A stretch of 60,024 nucleotides of DNA from Catajapyx aquilonaris. Lineage: Eukaryota. The notes under the pieces were generated by a model. The model ran no database searches and was not told where the DNA came from. It was given only the letters and a program-made list of their open reading frames with translations. Both the position numbers and the translations under genes were made by a program. The stretch's first letter is position 1; every line of letters begins with the position of its first letter. The stretch covers positions 1 through 60,024 of the forward strand of contig JYFJ02002274.1 in NCBI GenBank assembly GCA_000934665.2. Direction: 5' to 3'. This document shows, in pieces, positions 52,678 to 60,024 of the stretch.

Positions 52678-55423
52678 ATGGCCGTGCATGGGGGTCCGCC
52701 CCCTAAGCGGAAGGAGATCTACAAGTATGAGGCTCCCTGGCCGCTCTACTCCATGAACTGGTCTGTGAGGCCAGACAAACGATTCAGGTAATATGCCCAC
52801 TTGTCATTAAGGGCAGCATTTTGCCCATTACATATAAGCTACCATGGCTAATTTAAGAGTCATGAGCAATCCGCTTGGCCTGCGAGTCATGTGGGAGTAC
52901 TCACGGGGTGTAATCATTGGTTCTAGTTAGATTATGCATTAAAACAAAATGAAATCAAGCACATCACATAAAGGCCCATTCACACAGGCCGTCGACGGTT
53001 TTGGTTTTTGGTCGCGTTGACGCCGCGGACCAATCATGACTCATGTAAACAAGCACAACCCATTGTTTAGAGCTTGTTTACATTGGTCATGATTGGTCCG
53101 CGGCGTCAACGCAACCAAACACCAAAACCGTCGACGGCCTGTGTGAATGGGCCTGGGGAGAACGTGAGTGTCCACCTGCCAGTGCACCGACTAGTGTGTT
53201 GTACAGAAGGTGTAGGCAAGCCGTTGTTGTGAGTTATTATCAGTTTTACCGTAATGTTACAGGTTGGCTCTGGGCAGCTTTGTAGAGGAGTACAACAACA
53301 AGGTTCAAGTGGTGAGCCTTGATGAGGAGACCTCCGAGTTCAGTTCTAAGAGTACCTTTGATCATCCCTACCCCACCACCAAGATCATGTGGATCCCAGA
53401 CAGTGTATGTTGTTCTTCCAAACTTCAAGATGATCTTAGTCGTAATGACCTGTAACTTGAAGCTTCCTTTTTTTTCCACATGTAGAAAGGGATATATCCA
53501 GACCTACTGTCAACCAGTGGAGACTACCTCCGTGTGTGGCGGGCTGGTGAACCAGAGACACGCCTGGAGTGCCTCTTGAACAATGTAGGTATCTGCTCAA
53601 AACCATGCATTTTGTAATGGTAGTTAAACTAAGTACAGCACAATGAACTACTCCCGCTTATTGTGTTTTTCAGAACAAGAACTCCGACTTTTGTGCCCCC
53701 CTGACTTCGTTTGACTGGAATGAAGTAGATCCCAACCTGATTGGGACATCCAGCATCGACACTACCTGCACCATCTGGGGACTTGAGACTGGGCAGGTTC
53801 TGGGGAGAGTCAACATGGTCACAGGTCACGTCAAGACACAGCTCATAGCACATGACAAGGAGGTTTATGACATTGCATTCAGTCGTGCTGGAGGAGGAAG
53901 AGATATGTTTGCCTCTGTCGGTGAGTGAAATCCATTGACTGTGGTGTCGTTTGCAAATGAATATTATTATACAATGGTCATAAAACTAGGTTTACCAGTG
54001 CCATAAAGTTAAGAGCTTTTCAACCATTCTAACACGATCAGAATTCATTTTATATTTTGTTGTGCCAATTCTAGGGCAACGATGAAAAAATACATTAGGT
54101 TGTGTCAGGGACACAAGCCGCAGCATTTGTGGGCTCAACCTACATTATGTTTCACTTTTCTTGACTATAATGGCGGGGGCATGGAGGCGTGGATACGTCT
54201 TTAAAATCAGATCAGGGGGCATGCAGGCAAACTCGAGCGTTACAGAAAAGCTTAGGTTATAGCAGACTCGGTTATAATAGACTAACACTTTTCTCGCTCG
54301 AGTTTGCCTGCATGCCCCCGCCATGGGCCCCCTGGCAGGGCCCTGCTGTAACACTTTTCTGTAATGCTCGAGTTTGCCCTGCATGCCCATGCCATGGGCC
54401 CCCTGGCAGGACCCTGCTGTAATGCTTTTCTGTAACGCTTGAGTTTGCCTGCATGCCCCCTGATCCGATTTTAAAGACGTATCCACGTCAAAATGTCTTG
54501 GCATGTCAGGTGCTTAGAGTCATGATATGTGGACGAGTTCAAGGAAGGTTCTGGCCTTGAACTGACATGTGCTCAGCTGGACCCTGAAGGGAGAGCCTCT
54601 TTGTATTATTAACCACCTTACAGATCTGCTTAATCCCTTCTTTGTTGGGGCCAGCTTGTCTCATTACATGTAGAGCGGAAACAAATTGCACCTGCACAAA
54701 CTGTATGTGAGGTATATTAACTATTCATTTGGTATTGCTTGTATATGCTACCTCAAGGTGAAAGGAAGTTGATTGGCATAGAAGTGGCACACATGTGGTG
54801 TATTGCAACTGCAACCTGTATAGGTTGGTTATCCAATGAGCACAGTATTTTATTTTTATGCTCTACTGAACCAACCTTATTTGCATCTCCTTAATGGAAC
54901 CACCCTCATTTGATGTGATTACAACTCAAAACACTGCTTTATTATTGAGTATTAAATCTTGACATCCTCCACCCTAGGTGCTGATGGCTCAGTGCGAATG
55001 TTTGACCTCCGCCACCTGGAACACTCAACCATAATCTACGAAGACCCGCAGCACACTCCTTTACTACGTCTAGCATGGAATAAGCAGGACCCCAACTATC
55101 TGGCCACTGTGGCCATGGATGCCTGTGAGGTGATTATCCTGGATGTGCGTGTTCCTTGCACTCCAGTGGCCAGGCTCAACAACCACAGGGCCTGTGTCAA
55201 TGGGATCGCCTGGGCTCCGCACTCTTCCTGCCACATCTGCACCGCAGGAGATGACCACCAGGCACTTATCTGGGACATACAGCAGATGCCAAGGGCCATC
55301 GAGGATCCCATACTTGCATACACAGCTGCCGAGGGAGAAATCAACCAGATCCAGTGGGGTGCGACGCAGCCTGACTGGATTGCCATCTGCTACAACAAGT
55401 GCCTGGAGATACTTCGTGTCTGA
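52678..55423 (+). CDS. DCAF7: DDB1- and CUL4-associated factor 7 (WDR68/AN11/wap), 5 exons, 347 aa
   Basis: Exons 52678-52787, 53263-53404, 53486-53584, 53674-53920, 54978-55423 (1044 nt). [82 protein letters not shown] and a C-terminal LEILRV are near-invariant DCAF7 sequence. Confidence 0.97.
52973..53153. mobile_element. Near-palindromic MITE (PIF/Harbinger-like ends) in DCAF7 intron 1
   Basis: About 80-bp arms GGCCCATTCACACAGGCCGTCGACGG...TGTAAACAAGC and GCTTGTTTACA...CCGTCGACGGCCTGTGTGAATGGGCC with few mismatches; no clear TSD. Confidence 0.8.
54188..54487. mobile_element. Foldback-like element with ~64-bp TIRs and internal ~70-bp tandem units, DCAF7 intron 4
   Basis: CGTGGATACGTCTTTAAAATCAGATCAGGGGGCATGCAGGCAAACTCGAGCGTTACAGAAAAGC recurs as a reverse complement at 54424-54487. 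Internal CTCGAGTTTGCC(C)TGCATGCCC..CCATGGGCCCCCTGGCAGG..CCTGCTGT units. Confidence 0.8.
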
Positions 55424-57179
55424 ACGAGGGGCGCGGTCCATTGATGCCGCTCAGTGGATCATACACTGCGCCTGTAAAACAGTATTATCAGACCGTTTAC
55501 CAAAGGAGAGTTCCTCGGGAAGTGTTGCGAGTCAAGGGTGGCCTTAGTGCAGCAAGTGAGGCTGATCATTTCTGGTGGCGGCAAGCGGCAATTGCAATAT
55601 GCTATGCTCTTAGGCAGCATAATTGCAGAACTGGCAGAATGAGGGACGTTGTGGGTTAATGTTGCAGTGGTTGATGAACTTAATGTGTTCAGGGCAACAT
55701 GCACTCTGTTGCGGCCTTGCATTAGCACTTCTAAACGTCCGGTTGTAACTATGTATTCCAAAGTGGCAAACCAATAGATATGTCACAGGCAGTGAAAGGA
55801 AATGGCACATGCTGCTCTGAACACCTTAACTGTGTGTCAAGTAATTGCTCTGTGTCATCATATAACACAGATGTAAGCATCAATCAGTCCTTAATGATAC
55901 ACCAAGGAAATATTAATCTGCCTTAGACATGGGTCAACTGATGGATCTAAGCACAAAATATGGTGTCTTTTACATGCGCTTGGCATCATTCCGGATGGTG
56001 GCTGCAGGCTTTTCAGAGGGGAGAAAAAGTGAAAGGCATCCTAAAACACGGTCAGTCTGCTTTTGGCCGGCATTGTACAGACACAGAAATTTGCTCCGGC
56101 TTTTTACTTGCTAACCTGGCAAATTGATTAAAAGTGAACTCATCATGTTTTGGGATGCATCGCCGCAATTAATATTGACTGTAATGTACATAGATACATG
56201 TAACGTAAAGAAGGTAGAATCTGGTAGATACAAACTATTTGTATCGTAAGATAATTCTCCCTAATTGCTGTTTTCTTCGTTATGTTAGGGATGGGGAGGG
56301 GTGGGGATCAGGGGAGAAATTATTTTTATTTGTGGACAGGGGTTTAGAATTGTCCAATTGTGACCAGATTGACATTAGGAAGGGGCTAATAATAATTACA
56401 GTGAAGGTGTTAACTGTATCTTAGTCTGTCTATGCTTTCAACTTTTGTTATACTGTAAGGTAACCAGGCGTTGTGTGTCGTGTCGTTTGTTTGGACGTGT
56501 GGGATGAGAGAGCGAGAATGTGTGATATTTGTTGATGCTCGTGAAATATGAGCCTGGATTTAGTCAAGCCATAGTGTGCAGACTCTTCCATATCGTAGAA
56601 TCTTCTGTGCAATAAGGTTAGGTTGGTCTAATCGAATTGCTATGTTTAGTTCCTTATTACCCTAATTAATGACAATCTCCTTTTTTTATTGAGGAAATAG
56701 AGAACTAAGCTCACAACCAGTTTGCATACACATGCTGTTGTGTAGAGTAGTAGGTACGTTGTGTGTTCGTGTTGCAATGATCTGTGCAGTTTACTCAGGT
56801 GGTTACGTTTCATCTGTGTTTTCTCCTCCCCTCCCTCAGAAACGCCACGAAGAATTGTGGATGATTTTAGGTTCCATTTGCATTATGGCCTGCAGATATC
56901 TCGGATGCTGCGTGCGTGCAGTGTCACAATATTCCTGTGATCGAGTTTGCCAAAAGGACTTATGCCGCTCTGGGGTCGAACTTTTTGCCACCTACTTCTG
57001 GTGTTTTTTGCTTAACTGTGTTCCTTGTTCAACTCTGGAGGTGTGATGGAAATCCCACAGTAGTTCCAGACTCATTTGGTACCAGTTGGTGTGGTTGGAC
57101 AGTCACCAACAAAAATGAATTTTGTAATTAACAGTACTGATCAAAAAAACAAAAAAGTGATAATTTTAAGGATGTACAA

Positions 57180-57185
57180 AATAAA
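57180..57185 (+). terminator. Probable DCAF7 polyadenylation signal
   Basis: AATAAA about 1.75 kb after the stop codon, followed by GT-rich sequence. Confidence 0.55.
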
Positions 57186-57662
57186 CGTGTGATGGAGGTA
57201 AGAAAGTTTGTAGTCACTGTGGTGTTGTGAAAGGATGTTTCCCTGAACTACAAAAGCTTCATGTTATAGATAGAGCATCACTGCATATGAAAGTAAGTAT
57301 ACGGATAAAAATATTGATGCCTTCAGCCATTTTGAATTGAGGTAAAATGTTGAGTGTAGTACGTACAAGATGTCTTAGGATGAAAGTGTTCCAACAAAGT
57401 GCCTATGTTTGATTGTTATTGTTGTTGTGGATATGTGTTTGCAATTGTTATGGTTGGGATAATTTGGTGTTTATTAGAGTTCAGAGCACTGTATAGTGGA
57501 GGATGTAAGTGACTTGGCATAGCCATTAGTTAACTACATCATACACCATTGGTACAGCCACAGCTGAACAGTAAGTTGACTTCATTGTTGACAGAGGGCT
57601 GGTATTGTTTAACCCAATCTGAGAACATTGCCTTGATCGCACTCTCTCCCTCTTAATACCAG

Positions 57663-58481
57663 ATGAACCCAACTCATAGGGAACGTACAGAATACTTTCT
57701 GGCATGCCAAAGTGGTTGCCTAGAAGATGTTAAGGAGTTGGTTTTGAATAAAGGTGTGGACCCAGCATCTGAGGTGAGGGACGACTTCTGGGTGACCGGC
57801 TTGCATATGGCAGCCCAGACTGGCCACACAGACCTGGCCAGGTTTTTGCTGGACCACGGCGCTGATGTGGACGTGGCCTTGCTAAATGATCTGACCGCCC
57901 TTCACCTGGCAGCCTGCCATGGCCATGAGGACATGGCTCTGCTTCTGCTTCAGCGAGGTGCTGACCCTAGAAGGAAGGACCACTGTGGTAATACCCCTCG
58001 GGACCTGGTACCAATGAATGAGTACCCCGGGCTCTGGAACCTCCTGGCCTGGTATGAGGACCTCAGAAACACTCCTGGAGGCAATAAGCCACATTCTCCT
58101 CTAGATGACTTTCGGTCTGAATTATCCTTGAAGATCATGAGTTCCATGGATTTGAACCTGTTGCTGTCCATGCACAACCTGGATTGTGACCTGTCAAACA
58201 GCAGGCAGACTCTTCTACACAGGGCCACCTTTCTCCGGAGAGCGTACTGGGTGGGCAAATTAGGGGCCCCAAGCAGTACACCACTGTCGGGTGTTGATGA
58301 CAAAAAGAAATCATTATGCAAGATCTGCATGGAGGTGCCAATAAACAGCATGTTTCTGGAGTGTGGACACATGACCACGTGCTACACATGTGGACTGGAC
58401 ATGATGTCCAGGGAGGGGGAAGGATGCTGTCCCACATGCAAACAGAGAGTGTCCAAAGTGGTCAAGATTTTCAAGGCTTGA
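57663..58481 (+). CDS. Ankyrin-repeat + C-terminal RING (IAP/Mind-bomb-type C3HC4) protein, putative E3 ligase, 272 aa, intronless CDS
   Basis: Ankyrin motifs TGLHMAAQTGHTDLARFLLDHGADVD and TALHLAACHGHEDMALLLLQRGADP..D..GNTP; RING CKICME..INSMFLECGHMTTCYTC..CPTCKQRVSKVVKIF; splice acceptor CTCTCTCCCTCTTAATACCAG directly before the ATG. Confidence 0.9.
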   Translation: MNPTHRERTEYFLACQSGCLEDVKELVLNKGVDPASEVRDDFWVTGLHMAAQTGHTDLARFLLDHGADVDVALLNDLTALHLAACHGHEDMALLLLQRGADPRRKDHCGNTPRDLVPMNEYPGLWNLLAWYEDLRNTPGGNKPHSPLDDFRSELSLKIMSSMDLNLLLSMHNLDCDLSNSRQTLLHRATFLRRAYWVGKLGAPSSTPLSGVDDKKKSLCKICMEVPINSMFLECGHMTTCYTCGLDMMSREGEGCCPTCKQRVSKVVKIFKA

Positions 58482-58678
58482 CATGTTAGGACATGCAATG
58501 TTATAGTATGAAGTCCGCTAATGTTTCTTGCAGCCATATTGAAATTAAATTCGTTATCACGAATGCGTTTACCATCAGTCGTTAATTTTTGAACTAAGCT
58601 GCTTATTTTATTCAGTTAAAAATAACTTTAATCAGTAAAAAAATGCAGTGGTCTGATGATATTGGCACGCCAGATGAC

Positions 58679-59136
58679 CATTGGCTAGCTTCAGCCAATC
58701 AGCGCCAGCCACCTTGAACGAGGCTGATCGCCCTCTTTCATTCCCGCCTTGTTGTCGCCCGGATCCCCTGCGGATCAGACGCACGTCTGGAGCGCTGGTC
58801 TTTTCGGTCAGTTACTCCAGAACAAGGAGAGTCCCTGACCCCGGGCCACCCTCGGCCAACTGTGCACCGGGCAGCAAGGGCGGCGGGTGTACTTCACCAA
58901 GGGCCAACCCCGGTAAGTAGGCATAGGTCACCGGCTTTTTTTCGTCTTCCGAGAGGCGATAGTATAGTGACCATGACCGTGGTAGTGACTGTAGAGTGTG
59001 GAGAGGGCTATTCGACAAGGTGTGATCGTGATGTCACTGAAAGTTGGCACCAAAAGAGAGTGGGGAAGGGTCATCCATGTCGACTCCGTGATGGGCTAGT
59101 GCAGACAAGATGGCGTCGATGAGCACAAGATGGCCG
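58679..59136 (+). promoter_or_regulatory. CpG-rich promoter and first exon of an unidentified downstream gene
   Basis: Paired CCAAT boxes (ATTGG ~58680, AGCCAATCAG 58693), Inr-like TCATTC (58738), donor CG|GTAAGT after 58912, and YY1 motifs CAAGATGGCG (59106) and CAAGATGGCCG (59126). Candidate exon 2 at 59774-59925. Confidence 0.65.
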
Positions 59137-59636
59137 ACATTTGGCGCGTAAAATGAGCTAGGATGAGGTACTTGTAGTTACAGGTGAAGTGTTGTTGTTG
59201 TTTGTTTGTGCTTTATTTATCCTTTGTCGGCCTGCAGCACCTGCCGCTTGGCCGAATTGTTGGGGAGAAGGTGTAGCCAATGATAGTCCACCACCTTGAT
59301 GGTCTCGTCTCCCAGCCGGGACCAAAGGCTGGAAATATGAGCACTTATTGTTACCACCTCCAAGTCGGAGCATGAATTGCAGCGTTGACCAAATCATAGT
59401 ACACACAAGAAACATTCGATAAAATCACACATTGCAGGGAGCATTGCAGTCGCCGCCTTTTTGCTAGTCAGGAAGATCAGAAACACACGTTATGGTATTA
59501 GTTTGAGGTCAATTGATAAATAATGAAATAGCCTGCATTATAATGACGCCCAATACTGTGACATTGTGATGCATAAAATGAACAATTTGATTTCATGATA
59601 ATATTGCATTATGTCACTGTTCTCTGCGCTTGACAC

Positions 59637-59684
59637 ACCAAAAAAGACAACATACTGATATATCAGTATGTTGTCTTTTTTGGT
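59637..59684. repeat. Perfect 48-bp spacerless palindrome
   Basis: ACCAAAAAAGACAACATACTGATA|TATCAGTATGTTGTCTTTTTTGGT. Confidence 0.95.
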
Positions 59685-59964
59685 TACCTTCCACAACTGT
59701 TATATGTCTGCTATACTGATAATAATAAACAAATTACGGTATTCTAACATCTCACTTCTTTTACTTGTTTCAGATGTCAGCTGCTACTATGAGTATTTTA
59801 GGCTTGTGTTTTGACATTTGACTTGTGTTATAAGCCTGGCTACCTGTCCTCTGCATGCTCTTTACCCAAACTTAACAACCTGTGAGCGTTTAACGAGGAA
59901 GGTTACTGATGGAGGCATGGAGCAGGTAATGATCGATTCTGCATTGCACTTGAAAATGAGGTAA

Positions 59965-60024
59965 GGGGTCGTCCATACACCACGTGACCGTTTTGGGGGG
60001 AGGGGGGGGGGTCTGCTGATATAC
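59965..60024. mobile_element. Possible start of a Harbinger-type MITE, cut by the window edge
   Basis: TAA-GGGGTCGTCCATACACCACGTGACC followed by G-runs; the partner TIR is not in the window. Confidence 0.35.

Noticed and set aside
52099..52800. 233-aa minus-strand ORF
   Set aside because: Antisense to the GC-rich DCAF7 leader and first coding exon; low complexity and no recognisable domain.
57950..58437. Minus-strand ORFs of 142 and 100 aa
   Set aside because: Antisense shadows of the ankyrin-RING CDS.

Overview
Eukaryotic, intron-rich animal DNA, most likely arthropod (inferred from the domeless-type receptors and 5S sequence). Spliced models were built by hand from GT-AG junctions. Left to right: a solo 5S rRNA gene (621-740); a 9-exon prostanoid EP4-like GPCR on the minus strand (7246->3425, 537 aa); about 28 kb of non-coding DNA with MITEs and probable 5'UTR exons; an 18-exon JAK/STAT receptor domeless (35698-45874, ~1270 aa); a compact, diverged tandem domeless paralog (47395-51972, 17 exons, ~1035 aa) that lacks one FN3 exon but keeps a long tyrosine-motif tail; DCAF7/WDR68 (52678-55423); an intronless ankyrin + RING gene (57663-58481); and the promoter of an unidentified gene at the right edge. 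The best candidate for an undescribed system is an immune-signalling cluster: two cytokine receptors with different docking motifs, STAT sites upstream of dome, GATA/RUNX/kappaB sites at the paralog, a possible soluble Dome isoform, a divergently oriented prostaglandin receptor and tightly packed downstream genes. All regulatory and isoform claims are sequence-based inference; no searches were run.
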